This document shows, one piece after another, positions 33,133 to 42,070 of a DNA stretch of 64,000 bases (positions within the stretch are counted from its first letter, which is position 1; each line of letters starts with the position of its first letter). A model generated the notes under the pieces. That model did not search any database. It was not told the origin of the DNA and was given only the letters and a program-made list of their open reading frames with translations. This DNA comes from a virus (lineage: Duplodnaviria; Caudoviricetes): positions 3,946 to 67,945 of IMG/VR virus record IMGVR_UViG_3300048576_000125; one strand, given 5' to 3'. Position numbers and translations under genes: made by a program.

Positions 33133-33347
33133 GCGGCCAACCCCAGCTCACGGCGCTGCCGACGCCGGACCTTGTAGCGGGCGGGAATCCAGCCGGTTCC
33201 GCCGCAGTGGTCGCAGTCGTCGTGCTCGATGTAGTTGCCCCGCTCATCGTGGTGGACGGACTGGAACACGCCCCGGCCCTTGCAGAACGGGCAGGGATCG
33301 GCGCGCCGCTTCCAGCCGTCGGAGGGCTCGTAGGTCTCGCGGGCCAT
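33129..33347 (-). CDS. CxxCxGxG zinc-finger protein, 72 aa
   Basis: CPFCKGRG and CDHCGGTG. Confidence 0.6.
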   Translation of the reverse strand: MARETYEPSDGWKRRADPCPFCKGRGVFQSVHHDERGNYIEHDDCDHCGGTGWIPARYKVRRRQRRELGLAA

Positions 33348-33349
33348 GG

Positions 33350-33505
33350 CTAGCAGGCGGTGGCGGAGCATCCCGCGGCCTCGCACTGGCAGTTCACGCA
33401 GGTCTCGGAATCCCGCTCCATTTCGAGCGTCAGGTGAGAGCCGCACACCTTGCAGCGGTCCTCATGCTCCGGGGGTTCGGGAGGCCCAAACGGGAAGGTG
33501 TTCAT
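33350..33505 (-). CDS. Small Cys-rich protein, 51 aa (not in ORF track)
   Basis: AAGGAGG RBS; CKVC..CVNC. Confidence 0.5.
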   Translation of the reverse strand: MNTFPFGPPEPPEHEDRCKVCGSHLTLEMERDSETCVNCQCEAAGCSATAC

Positions 33506-33586
33506 GCGGCCACCTCCTTGATGGGAGCCGGGGTGCGCGGGGGCGGGGGAGGAAGGGGGATGAGACGGCGGATGCGGGCCATGGCG

Positions 33587-33877
33587 TCACCGCCCTTCGG
33601 CCTTGGCGATGGCGGCGAGGGCAGCGGCAACGGTGGCGGGCGGCAGGTTGCCCTCCGCCCTCAGGCACGTCTTCAGCGCCTCGTACAGGTCCGGGGCGGC
33701 GGAGATGAGGCGGGCGTTCGCCTTGCCCTCGGGATCGTCGTGCGGGTCGCTGGCCTTCGGGTAGGCCTTGCGGGTCCAGACGGCGGCGATGGCGTCACCG
33801 TCTGGGCCAGCGATCTCGTCCTTGTAGTTGCCATAGCGCCCGACGATGGCCCAAGGGCCGGGGGTGTGTCCGGTCAC
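33587..33877 (-). CDS. Phage protein with HTPGPW N-terminus, 96 aa
   Basis: HTPGPW..ANARLISAAPDL motif common in phage early genes; GGAGG RBS. Confidence 0.8.
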   Translation of the reverse strand: MTGHTPGPWAIVGRYGNYKDEIAGPDGDAIAAVWTRKAYPKASDPHDDPEGKANARLISAAPDLYEALKTCLRAEGNLPPATVAAALAAIAKAEGR

Positions 33878-34350
33878 GGTGATTCCTCCAGGTAGGGCTC
33901 ACGCTCCCCGCGTCATGCGGGTGGGTGAGGGGGTGATGAACTTGGGGAGCCGGGCTCCCCGGAAGCCCGATGCCAGCGGCAGAGCGGGAACGGGTTCGCG
34001 GGGGCCATACGTTGCGCTGCGCTGCGCTTGCTGGGCCGTCCCCGCGATGGGGTGATGGGTTCCTGGGGGCCGGGCGCTACTCCGGCTGTGCGTCTCTCCG
34101 CATGCCGCGGGTTCAGTAACCCGCTGATTTCCTCCTCTGGGCTGTCAGGAGGCTTGCCCCGCACCGGACATCTCTTCCAGCATCCGTGGCCGGTGCGTCG
34201 GTTCGCTCCGGATGCCGTGCAGCGTGTTCTGCTTTCCACGCCGCCCCAGGTGATCTCTATGAACTGGCCCCGCGCCTCAGCTTGGGGGTTGCGCCGCCCC
34301 TGGTCCCTCAGCAGCTCTCGGAGCGCCTGTTGGGGGGGGGTTGCGTGAAT

Positions 34351-34378
34351 AGAATACGTTCACCGCGAACATAGTCAA
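34351..34378 (-). promoter_or_regulatory. PL-like promoter with operator in the spacer
   Basis: TTGACT-16nt-TATTCT; operator TATGTTCGCGGTGAACGTA; near-copy at 35964. Confidence 0.7.
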
Positions 34379-34453
34379 GCCCGGTTCCAGAAAATTTCTC
34401 GGGCACGGAAAAGCCCCGCCGGAGCAGGGCAGGGAGCGGGGGTGACGATGACT

Positions 34454-35086
34454 CTAAAGCTGGTTCACATCTCGGCTCTTTTGTATTATTTTGTGCAGTT
34501 CTAGGTCTTTATTATAAGATTCAAGGCCTTTTTCTATATAGTACGATAATACTGTATTGTTTACATCTATTTCTATTATTGCATTACCTGGATTCCAGCG
34601 GATAATCTTTCTGTTTTCGAATAGATCTTTATTGTATTCTCCGTATTTCTCTACCAAGTTATACAAAAGATACCCAAATAAGGCATGTGTTTCCCTTGCG
34701 GTTGTTTCTGGTGATGTTACGGAATCTCGCTTTTTGGTTATCTGTATTCTCCATAATCTATAGTCGCAAAAGTCGGCTTCTATCCGTATACTTGTGTTGT
34801 TAATGCTACCGTTTGTTACCATTATATGCCTATTCGATGTTACGCTGTATCCAAATTCAGGATGAGGCAGCACTGTTACATTATTTCCATAAATTTTTGC
34901 AGCATCACCTGGGCCCATGCCGAAACTCAGATTAAAAAACGTCCCTTTGCCCCAGGTATTAGGTGGGTTGTGCTGTTTTATGGCTTTAACTGATTCTTTC
35001 GTAATTAGGTCCATATCTATTTGTTGGCCTATACATACGGTATTGAAGGCTGAGAATATAGCAATTGATGTTATATATGGTTTCAT
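34454..35086 (-). CDS. AT-rich exported moron protein, 210 aa
   Basis: Signal-like MKPYITSIAIFSAFNTVCIG; ATGA overlap with immA; sharp GC drop. Confidence 0.75.
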   Translation of the reverse strand: MKPYITSIAIFSAFNTVCIGQQIDMDLITKESVKAIKQHNPPNTWGKGTFFNLSFGMGPGDAAKIYGNNVTVLPHPEFGYSVTSNRHIMVTNGSINNTSIRIEADFCDYRLWRIQITKKRDSVTSPETTARETHALFGYLLYNLVEKYGEYNKDLFENRKIIRWNPGNAIIEIDVNNTVLSYYIEKGLESYNKDLELHKIIQKSRDVNQL

Positions 35087-35553
35087 GCGACCTCCCGCAC
35101 GGCACGAAGCCGGATAGACGCAATGCGCCCTGCCAGGCGCCGCGCCGGGCAGTCCTCCAGGGGCAGGTCTTCGTAGTGGGCAGACAGGGCCCCGATGAAG
35201 GCGTCCAAGCTGGCGTTGGCATAGGCCAGCACCCTGGCCTGGGGGATCAGCGCCCGAGCTGCCCAGCGATCCGCGGCGGCTTCGTCCCGTCCCTCCAGAA
35301 GGGCACCGCGGGGGCCGGCGTGCAGGTGCAGGTGGCCCAGCTCGTGAGCCAAAAGCCAGCACCGTTCCAGGAGGCCGGCCCGGAGGGGCAGGAGGATGAC
35401 GGCAGGTTCCAGACCTTCCGGCGCGGTGTAGAGCGCCACCTCTCCCAGGTCCGCGTACCCCACGGCGCACCCCAGGGCCTCAGCGGATGCCAGCAGGTCC
35501 TCAAGGCGCGGGTAGCGCCGTCCGAACCATGAGGGGCTACTTGGGCGGGACAT
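35083..35553 (-). CDS. immA: ImmA/IrrE-family metallopeptidase (anti-repressor), about 156 aa
   Basis: LAHELGH (HExxH) and EAAADRWA; directly downstream of the repressor. Confidence 0.85.
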   Translation of the reverse strand: MSRPSSPSWFGRRYPRLEDLLASAEALGCAVGYADLGEVALYTAPEGLEPAVILLPLRAGLLERCWLLAHELGHLHLHAGPRGALLEGRDEAAADRWAARALIPQARVLAYANASLDAFIGALSAHYEDLPLEDCPARRLAGRIASIRLRAVREVA

Positions 35554-35914
35554 ACCCTCGGACGATAGCACGCCACGCCTCAAAAGCGCTCTGCTTCTGG
35601 GCATCTGTCAATTTCCCCAGGTCCGAGCCCATGGTGCGCAGCATGAAACGCTCCATGTCGGAGGATTCGCTGCTTGCGCCCTCAGGCGGAGCCCCGGGGT
35701 CATCCATGAAATCGGTGATGGAGCGCCCAAAGAGGGCTGCAAAGGCCTTGATCGTCTTGGCGGATGGCTTGCGGGTCTTCTGGTAGAGGATTTGACGCAG
35801 GCCAAACAGGGTGATCCCGCCAGCCATGGCGGCCTCCTGTTGCGTCATCCCCGTCTTGTCCTGGTAGTCGGCCAGGGCCTCGCGGAACGCTGCTCTCTGC
35901 GGCCAAACATCCAT
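35537..35914 (-). CDS. XRE-family prophage repressor (ImmR/CI-like), 125 aa
   Basis: MTQQEAAMAGGITLFGLRQIL..RKPSAKTIKAFA HTH; divergent from cro. Confidence 0.8.
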   Translation of the reverse strand: MDVWPQRAAFREALADYQDKTGMTQQEAAMAGGITLFGLRQILYQKTRKPSAKTIKAFAALFGRSITDFMDDPGAPPEGASSESSDMERFMLRTMGSDLGKLTDAQKQSAFEAWRAIVRGYVPPK

Positions 35915-35963
35915 GCTCACAGGATGATCGGTCTGTCCGTTCGGGGAATATCCTCCGACGGGC

Positions 35964-35991
35964 TTGACTATATTCGTTGCGAACGTAGTCT
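35964..35991 (+). promoter_or_regulatory. PR-like promoter with operator in the spacer
   Basis: TTGACT-16nt-TAGTCT; operator TATATTCGTTGCGAACGTA. Confidence 0.7.
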
Positions 35992-35998
35992 TGAGGGC

Positions 35999-36226
35999 AT
36001 GGCAGACATCCGCGACAAACTCCCCTTCTCGGTGGCCGAACTCCAGCGCCGCCTGGGATGGAGCAGCTACGCAAGCCTGCACGCCATCGTGAGCGGCAAG
36101 AAGACGTGCCGTGCCGAGCTTGCCATCCAAATTGAGAAGGCGACGGGCGGGGCAGTGTCCCGTTCCGACCTTCGCCCCGACCTGTGGCCCCCTCATTTGG
36201 CCACGGCTCCAGCGGATGCCGCATGA
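35999..36226 (+). CDS. cro: Cro/YdaS-like repressor, 75 aa
   Basis: AELAIQIEKATGGAVSRSDLRPDLW signature. Confidence 0.85.
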   Translation: MADIRDKLPFSVAELQRRLGWSSYASLHAIVSGKKTCRAELAIQIEKATGGAVSRSDLRPDLWPPHLATAPADAA

Positions 36227-36368
36227 ACCGCCAGCGGCCTCACCACCCCATCTCCCGGCTTGGGCTTCTGCCTGCTCTCCAGTGCGATCCGCAGCGGTGC
36301 AGCGCCGAAGAGCACGGCCATGTCCCAGGTGAGGAAGGGGAGCACGTTCGATTTTTCGACTTCTACCA

Positions 36369-36884
36369 ATGGAGTCTCCACGCATGAGCCAAGTTCCGCC
36401 CATCCACCGTAAATTTCAGGCCCAAGCCATTGCGGTGGCGGAGGCTATCGACCGAGCCATCCGGGAGGACCGGCTGAAGGCTGAATGGGTAGCCGCCTGC
36501 ATCGGCGTCGACCCCGCCACGCTGTCCCGCTACCGCGACCCGGAGGACTTGGCCCGCCACCTTCCCGCCTACCTCGTGCCCGTGTTGGATGGCGTCTTCG
36601 GGCGTTCGGTGGTGCTGGACGTCTTGGCGGCCATGGAAGGCAGGGACACCACCGCTTCCCGGCCCGATCCCCTGGACTCGGAAGACCTCGTTCCCCTGCT
36701 CGTGATCGAGATGCGCAACCACGGGCAGGCCGCGTCGGAAATCATCCAGGCCCTGCGGGACAACACCATCGACCCGGCGGAGATGGTCAGCATCCACGCC
36801 CACGCCGAGAAGGAAGAGACCTTCTGGCGGGAGATCAAGGAGCGGACCAGCGCCGGGTGTGCCCGGAAGGAGATCCCGGCATGA
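36369..36884 (+). CDS. CII-like phage regulator, about 171 aa
   Basis: HTH VAACIGVDPATLSRY; position after cro. Confidence 0.6.
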   Translation: MESPRMSQVPPIHRKFQAQAIAVAEAIDRAIREDRLKAEWVAACIGVDPATLSRYRDPEDLARHLPAYLVPVLDGVFGRSVVLDVLAAMEGRDTTASRPDPLDSEDLVPLLVIEMRNHGQAASEIIQALRDNTIDPAEMVSIHAHAEKEETFWREIKERTSAGCARKEIPA

Positions 36885-37204
36885 GCTACATCCTCAGCCT
36901 CGGCCACGTCCTGGAGCACCTGGACCTCGCGCACGCCGCCCTCATGGTGGACCACGGAAGGCCCGCGGAAGCCGCCCAGAGGGCCCGTGATGAAGCCCAC
37001 GCTGCGACGTGCCACCTCCGAGTGCTCCTGGAGTCCTACCCCCTCCCTGCGCCCGCCGCTGCCATCCTGGAGCTGGACGGTGCCCTGGCTGCGCTGAGGG
37101 GGAAGGGGAACGCCAGCGCCGCCCTCCAGATTCGCTCCGCCATCTCCGGTCTGAAGGCTGAGGTGGAGTTCCAGAGCCGGCCCGTGCTGGCGCAGGCGGG
37201 GTGA
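36881..37204 (+). CDS. Hypothetical protein, 107 aa
   Basis: ATGA overlap. Confidence 0.55.
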   Translation: MSYILSLGHVLEHLDLAHAALMVDHGRPAEAAQRARDEAHAATCHLRVLLESYPLPAPAAAILELDGALAALRGKGNASAALQIRSAISGLKAEVEFQSRPVLAQAG

Positions 37205-38124
37205 GCATGTGGCACTTCGTGAACTGCACCTCTTCGCCGGAGCCGGGGGCGGAATCCTCGGCGGACTCCTTCTCGGCCATGTGCCAGTCTGCGCCGTTGA
37301 ACTGGAGGAATACCCTCGGTCTGTCCTCCTCCAGCGGCAGCGGGACGGCATCCTCCCCTGGTTCCCCGTGTGGGACGACGTTCGGACCTTCGACGGCAAC
37401 CCCTGGCGAGGCCACGTTGATCTCATCGCCGGAGGCTTCCCCTGCCAGGACATCAGCGCCGCTGGTCGAGGCGAAGGAATCGACGGTGCCCGCTCCGGCC
37501 TCTGGCGGGAGTTTGCACGGATCGTTCGCGAGGTTCGACCCCGCTACGTCTTCGTGGAGAACTCCCCACTGCTCACTTCTCGGGGACTCGGTACCGTTCT
37601 CGGGGACCTGGCCGCGCTGGGGTTCGCTGCGGAATGGGGCGTGCTGGGCGCGGACGATGCCGGTGCTCCGCACATCCGAAAGCGGATCTGGATTCTGGCC
37701 CACGCCAACGGCGACCAGCTACGGGACGAACCAGGGCGGCTCTGCCGGGAGGACCGGGAGGACGCGCCCCAGCCTTCAGACGATGGCCTCCAAGGCCCTG
37801 TGGCCCACACCGACAGCTGTGACGGACACCGGGGGGGCGGCCCTCTGCAAGTGGGGCGGGAGTGGAGCGAGGGCCAAGCTCCGCACGATGGTCACCCCGG
37901 AAGAACTGAACGGTACGCTCAACCCGGAATGGGTGGAGTGGCTGATGGGATGGCCGAGAGGCTGGACGGACCTTGGGCCGCTGAACCCGCAGACCTTCCG
38001 CGCGTGGCAAGCGGCGTCCCTCGCCGTGTTGGCCGCCTCAAGGCCCTCGGCAACGGCCAAGTCCCGCAGTGCGCAGCGCTCGCATGGCGCGTGCTGTCCG
38101 GGCGGTGCTGAGGAGGCCGCATGA
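37201..38124 (+). CDS. Overlapping alternative-frame ORF, candidate second (beta-like) polypeptide of the MTase
   Basis: Stop-free for 307 codons over the MTase; WPTP repeats and LNPEWVEWLMGWP (motif IX-like); true start probably internal. Confidence 0.55.
   Translation: MSMWHFVNCTSSPEPGAESSADSFSAMCQSAPLNWRNTLGLSSSSGSGTASSPGSPCGTTFGPSTATPGEATLISSPEASPARTSAPLVEAKESTVPAPASGGSLHGSFARFDPATSSWRTPHCSLLGDSVPFSGTWPRWGSLRNGACWARTMPVLRTSESGSGFWPTPTATSYGTNQGGSAGRTGRTRPSLQTMASKALWPTPTAVTDTGGAALCKWGGSGARAKLRTMVTPEELNGTLNPEWVEWLMGWPRGWTDLGPLNPQTFRAWQAASLAVLAASRPSATAKSRSAQRSHGACCPGGAEEAA
37209..38111 (+). CDS. DNA cytosine-5 methyltransferase (alpha-like polypeptide), 300 aa
   Basis: HLFAGAGG, GGFPCQD, VENS, LKALGNGQV; motif IX not evident in this frame. 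Confidence 0.88.
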   Translation: MALRELHLFAGAGGGILGGLLLGHVPVCAVELEEYPRSVLLQRQRDGILPWFPVWDDVRTFDGNPWRGHVDLIAGGFPCQDISAAGRGEGIDGARSGLWREFARIVREVRPRYVFVENSPLLTSRGLGTVLGDLAALGFAAEWGVLGADDAGAPHIRKRIWILAHANGDQLRDEPGRLCREDREDAPQPSDDGLQGPVAHTDSCDGHRGGGPLQVGREWSEGQAPHDGHPGRTERYAQPGMGGVADGMAERLDGPWAAEPADLPRVASGVPRRVGRLKALGNGQVPQCAALAWRVLSGRC

Positions 38125-38285
38125 TGGACACCCTCCGCCACCTCCGCTCCCTGGACGCCGATCAACTGGCCGCCTGGGTCTGTCTGCACCCCGAGCCGAA
38201 CCGTGTAGAGCGCGAGGCCCTGGGGCGGCTCCTGGAAGAGCTGCCGCACGGGGGCAAGGCCCTGCCCGTGGGGGTGTTCGCGTGA
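38121..38285 (+). CDS. Hypothetical protein, 54 aa
   Basis: GGAGG RBS; fills a coupled gap. Confidence 0.45.
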   Translation: MMDTLRHLRSLDADQLAAWVCLHPEPNRVEREALGRLLEELPHGGKALPVGVFA

Positions 38286-38653
38286 AGTGGACCCTCTACA
38301 TCCCCATGGCCAGCCCCTCCCAGAACGAACTGGACCGCATGCACTGGCAGGCCCGCCGGCGGCTCAAGGCCAACTGGAAGATGCTCATCCGCGCGACCAA
38401 TCTTGCCGCCGGAAGCATGCGCATCCCACAAGCCAATGGGCCCCGTACGCTCACCATCGAGCGATGGTCCAGCGGCACCCTCGACACGCAGAACCTCATC
38501 GGTGGCGCCAAGGGCATCATCGACAACCTCGTGCAGCTCGGGCTCCTGGTGGACGACCGGCCCGAGTTCCTGACCCTCAACCTCCCCGTGCAGCGCCGAA
38601 TCCGCCGCGGGGAGACCCCCTACACCCTCCTAATTCTCGAAGAGGTGGCGTGA
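38282..38653 (+). CDS. RusA-like Holliday junction resolvase, 123 aa
   Basis: DTQNLIGGAKGIIDNLVQLGLLVDD acidic motif pattern. Confidence 0.7.
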   Translation: MKWTLYIPMASPSQNELDRMHWQARRRLKANWKMLIRATNLAAGSMRIPQANGPRTLTIERWSSGTLDTQNLIGGAKGIIDNLVQLGLLVDDRPEFLTLNLPVQRRIRRGETPYTLLILEEVA

Positions 38654-38802
38654 TGTTCAAGCGCCTGAGGCTCCGCGTCTACATCTGGGCCCTGAACCGC
38701 GGCTGGCTCTACGTGGAGCCATGGATGGACCCGCGGAGGTCCGAGGCAGACCGCGCCACTTGGCTTGAGGCCCAGCCCAAGTCGCTGAAGAAGGTGAGCT
38801 GA
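38653..38802 (+). CDS. Hypothetical protein, 49 aa
   Basis: TGATG couplings on both sides. Confidence 0.45.
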   Translation: MFKRLRLRVYIWALNRGWLYVEPWMDPRRSEADRATWLEAQPKSLKKVS

Positions 38803-39668
38803 TGGACCCGTGGTTCAAGTTCTTCGCCTCGGACTACCTGCTGGACGAAGGCGTGGACGCCCTCCCGCTGGAGGCCCAGGGAATCCTGGTCCGCCTGTGG
38901 TGCCTGGCGTGGCGTGACCAGCTCCTGAAGGATGATCCCGACACCCTGGCCCGGCGCGCCATGGTGGACCCCAAGGCCATGCGGAAGCACTGGGCTGGCC
39001 TGCGCGCCTTCTTCCGCGAGACCCCCGAAGGGCTGGTGAGCGATCGCATGGAGCGAGAGCGGAGCGAGTCGCGGGGCGTGTCGGAGAGCCGTCGCTTGGG
39101 TGCTCGCCTAACGAACGAAAAGCGATGGGGGAAGCGAGACGGTGAGCGTGTCGCTGGACCGTCGCTCACTGATCGCTCAGCGATCGCTCAGCGACAGGTT
39201 GAGCGAGTCGCTCAAGTGTCGCTTTCAGAGTCAGAGTCAGATACAGAAATACCCCCCCCTTCGGGGGCCCCCAAGCCGCCGGAGCCGGTGAAGCCCAGGC
39301 GAACCCGCAGGAGCCGAGTGGAGATCCTGACGGCTTTCCCGGAGCCTGTGCGTGAGGTGGTGAACACCCTGGGGCCCGAGTGGCACCGGCAGGACCCGGA
39401 CGGACGGGCCATCGACACGCGGCCGGAGGAGTTCGGGGAGGCCGTGGCCAGGATCCTGGGCGCCCAGGTGGAGCTCACCCCGGAGGTGCTCATCGCGGCG
39501 GGCCGGGCGTACCTGGCGAGCAACCGCACCCGCTACCGGGCCCCGCAGTGGTTCTTCGGCGTGGGTAAGCCTGAGGATCCCGCCCCCTGGGTCGGCTACG
39601 TCCGTGGTGAGCTCACCCGCCGGCAGCGTGAAGCCCAGCCGGCCCTGCCCCTGGCGGCGGGCCTATGA
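38802..39668 (+). CDS. Replication initiator (DUF1376/YdaU-like N-terminus), 288 aa
   Basis: PWFKFFASDYL..LEAQGILVRLWCLAW; upstream of the helicase. Confidence 0.75.
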   Translation: MDPWFKFFASDYLLDEGVDALPLEAQGILVRLWCLAWRDQLLKDDPDTLARRAMVDPKAMRKHWAGLRAFFRETPEGLVSDRMERERSESRGVSESRRLGARLTNEKRWGKRDGERVAGPSLTDRSAIAQRQVERVAQVSLSESESDTEIPPPSGAPKPPEPVKPRRTRRSRVEILTAFPEPVREVVNTLGPEWHRQDPDGRAIDTRPEEFGEAVARILGAQVELTPEVLIAAGRAYLASNRTRYRAPQWFFGVGKPEDPAPWVGYVRGELTRRQREAQPALPLAAGL

Positions 39669-41053
39669 GCCGGAACCGCGCCGTAGCCTGCGACCTGGAC
39701 GCCGAGCGGTCCCTGCTGGCGACCCTCTGCGCCCCGGGGAACGACGCCGTGGCCGCCGAGCTCGTGCCCCAGCTCTGCGAGCATGACTTCCTCGGGCTGG
39801 ACCATCAGGCCCTGTTCCGGGCCCTGCGCGCCCTGGTGATGGACCCGCACCCCCCGGAAATCAACAGCCTCACGCTGAAGGCCCAGCTCCAGACCCAGAA
39901 GGAGCTCCACAAGGTCCGGGACTACACCGGCCTGACGCAGATCCTCCTGGCGGAGGAAGTGTCCCGACCCGAGGCCCTGGTGAAGCGCCTGGGCGAGCTC
40001 CGCCGCTGGAGGTGCATGGTGGCCATCGGGGAGCACCTGGCGGACCGTGCCGCGGCGCAGGATGGCACGCCGGAAGGCTTGCTGGATTCCACGACGGCAG
40101 AGCTCACGAACCTGATCCAGGGCTCCGGGCGGAAGGGCCTGCGCCTCCTGGGGGACGTGGGACGGCAGGCCATGGCACAGCTCCGGGACGTGGCCGAAGG
40201 ACGGCGCGCGCCAGGCATCCCCACGGGCCTCCCGCGGCTGGACCGGATGCTGGGAGGCGGGCTCAAGCCCGGGCAGCTCATCATCCTGGCGGCCCGGCCC
40301 GGGGTGGGGAAATCGGCCCTGGTGCTCCAGCTGCTCAAGCACATGGCGGAGCACGGCAGCACCGTAGCCCTCTGGTCCCTCGAGATGGGGGAGGTCGAGG
40401 TCTACAACCGCGCGGCCCTGGCTGACTCCAAGGTGGATGGCAACCGCTACCGCATGGGCACCCTCCTGCCGCAGGAGTGGGACCGGCTGGAAGAGACGGC
40501 GCAGGAACTCCAGGCCCTGCCCCTGCTGATCAACGACCAAGCCACGATCACGGCCTCCGAAATCCGAGCCCAGGCCGACCGCGCCGCGGCCCAGTGCGGT
40601 GAGCTCCACGTGGGCGCGGTGGACTACCTGCAGCTCGTGAGCAGCCCCCAGGACGGGCGCAAGGGCCAGACGGAAGCGGTGCGCGTGGGGGAAATCAGCC
40701 GGGCCTTCAAGCTCCTGGCCAAGGATCGCGGAATCCCCCTCATCGTCCTGTCCCAGCTCAACCGGGAAGTGGAGAGCCGCGGGGCCAACGCGCGCCCCCA
40801 GCTGTCGGACCTGCGGGACTCCGGGGCCATCGAACAGGACGCGGACATCGTGCTCTTCCTGTCCCGGAAGCTCATGCCCGGGGCGGATGGGGAACTGGAT
40901 CCCGGCGCCGAGCTCATCGTGGCGAAGCAGCGCAACGGCCCAACAGGCGTGATCCCCATGCACTTCGACGGGAGCCGCTACCGCTTTGTCGAGGTGGAGC
41001 GCACCACCGCGCCCGCGCCGGCCCGGGTCCAGCGCCAGGGGGTGCTGCTGTGA
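39665..41053 (+). CDS. dnaB: DnaB-like replicative helicase, 462 aa
   Basis: AARPGVGKS Walker A, SLEM, VDYLQL, LSQLNR, SDLRDSGAIEQDAD, KQRNGP. Confidence 0.96.
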   Translation: MSRNRAVACDLDAERSLLATLCAPGNDAVAAELVPQLCEHDFLGLDHQALFRALRALVMDPHPPEINSLTLKAQLQTQKELHKVRDYTGLTQILLAEEVSRPEALVKRLGELRRWRCMVAIGEHLADRAAAQDGTPEGLLDSTTAELTNLIQGSGRKGLRLLGDVGRQAMAQLRDVAEGRRAPGIPTGLPRLDRMLGGGLKPGQLIILAARPGVGKSALVLQLLKHMAEHGSTVALWSLEMGEVEVYNRAALADSKVDGNRYRMGTLLPQEWDRLEETAQELQALPLLINDQATITASEIRAQADRAAAQCGELHVGAVDYLQLVSSPQDGRKGQTEAVRVGEISRAFKLLAKDRGIPLIVLSQLNREVESRGANARPQLSDLRDSGAIEQDADIVLFLSRKLMPGADGELDPGAELIVAKQRNGPTGVIPMHFDGSRYRFVEVERTTAPAPARVQRQGVLL

Positions 41054-41424
41054 ACCGCGCCTGGAACAGCACCCTGCACCCGAAGAGGGCGCGCAAGCGG
41101 ACCCTCAAGCCCGCCAGGGTGGTGGACCGTGCCCGGCTGGCCCTGGTGGCGTCCATGCCCTGCTGCGTGTGCCAGCGCGAGGGCCTGCGCCAGACGGCCC
41201 CCACCGAAGTGCACCACATGAAGCGCAACGACGACGGCTCCACCCTCGGAGGCCAGAAGGCAGGGGACGACCGCACCATCCCCCTCTGCTGGAACCACCA
41301 CTGGAACGGGAAGAGGCAGACGCACCCCTACGGGCCCATCAGCCTGGAGGAGTTCGAGGCGCTTCACGGGAGCGAACTGGACCTGCTAGAGGCCGTCAAC
41401 CGGATGCTGGGGGTGGCGGCATGA
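41050..41424 (+). CDS. DUF968/HNH-like nuclease-family protein, 124 aa
   Basis: PCCVC..EVHH..TIPLCWNHH. Confidence 0.7.
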   Translation: MNRAWNSTLHPKRARKRTLKPARVVDRARLALVASMPCCVCQREGLRQTAPTEVHHMKRNDDGSTLGGQKAGDDRTIPLCWNHHWNGKRQTHPYGPISLEEFEALHGSELDLLEAVNRMLGVAA

Positions 41425-41912
41425 AGCGCGAGAAGGTGAAGATCCCGCCCATCTACCTGCGCTCCCGCGTCCAGGTGGACTACCTCCTGAAGCTGCTCCA
41501 GAACCTGCCCCTGGACCCAGAGCGCCCGGTGGAGGTGTTGATCCAGGAGCACAAGGCCAAGCGCAAGCCGAGCCTCAACGCCCTGATGTGGGCCGGCCCC
41601 CTGCGGGACATCGCGGAGCAGGCCTGGATCTGCGGGCGCAGATACAGCGCTGAGGTGTGGCACGAGCATTTCAAGGAGTCCTACCTCCCGGACCCTGACG
41701 CCCCGGACTTCGACCCTGAGCATGTCGTGGAGGGCTACCGGAAGTGGGACATCGACCCCTGGAAGGGCAACCGCGTGCTGGTGGGCTCCACCACCCAGCT
41801 CACGGACAAGGGCATGCGCGTCTACCTCGAACAGGTGGAGGCGGAGGCCGCGACGGAATACGGCGTCCAGCTCACGACGCGAGAGGAATGGATGGGAGGG
41901 ATGGTCGCATGA
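41421..41912 (+). CDS. ninB: NinB-family recombination protein, 163 aa
   Basis: KR-x2-SLNALMW..EVWHEHFK..STTQL..YLEQV pattern. Confidence 0.75.
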   Translation: MKREKVKIPPIYLRSRVQVDYLLKLLQNLPLDPERPVEVLIQEHKAKRKPSLNALMWAGPLRDIAEQAWICGRRYSAEVWHEHFKESYLPDPDAPDFDPEHVVEGYRKWDIDPWKGNRVLVGSTTQLTDKGMRVYLEQVEAEAATEYGVQLTTREEWMGGMVA

Positions 41913-42070
41913 GCCCGCTCTACGAATACGTCTGCCCCGAGTGCGGAGCCACCCGGGAGCACCTGGAGCCCTACGACGCACCGCCTCCCCTCTGCCACAG
42001 CTGCGGGGAGGCGGAGATGGAGCGCCAGGTGTCCCAGACGGGGCCGTGGAAGTTTGGGGAGGGGAAGTAA
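41909..42070 (+). CDS. FmdB-like zinc ribbon protein, 53 aa
   Basis: PLYEYVCPECG..CHSCG..MERQVS. Confidence 0.75.
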   Translation: MSPLYEYVCPECGATREHLEPYDAPPPLCHSCGEAEMERQVSQTGPWKFGEGK

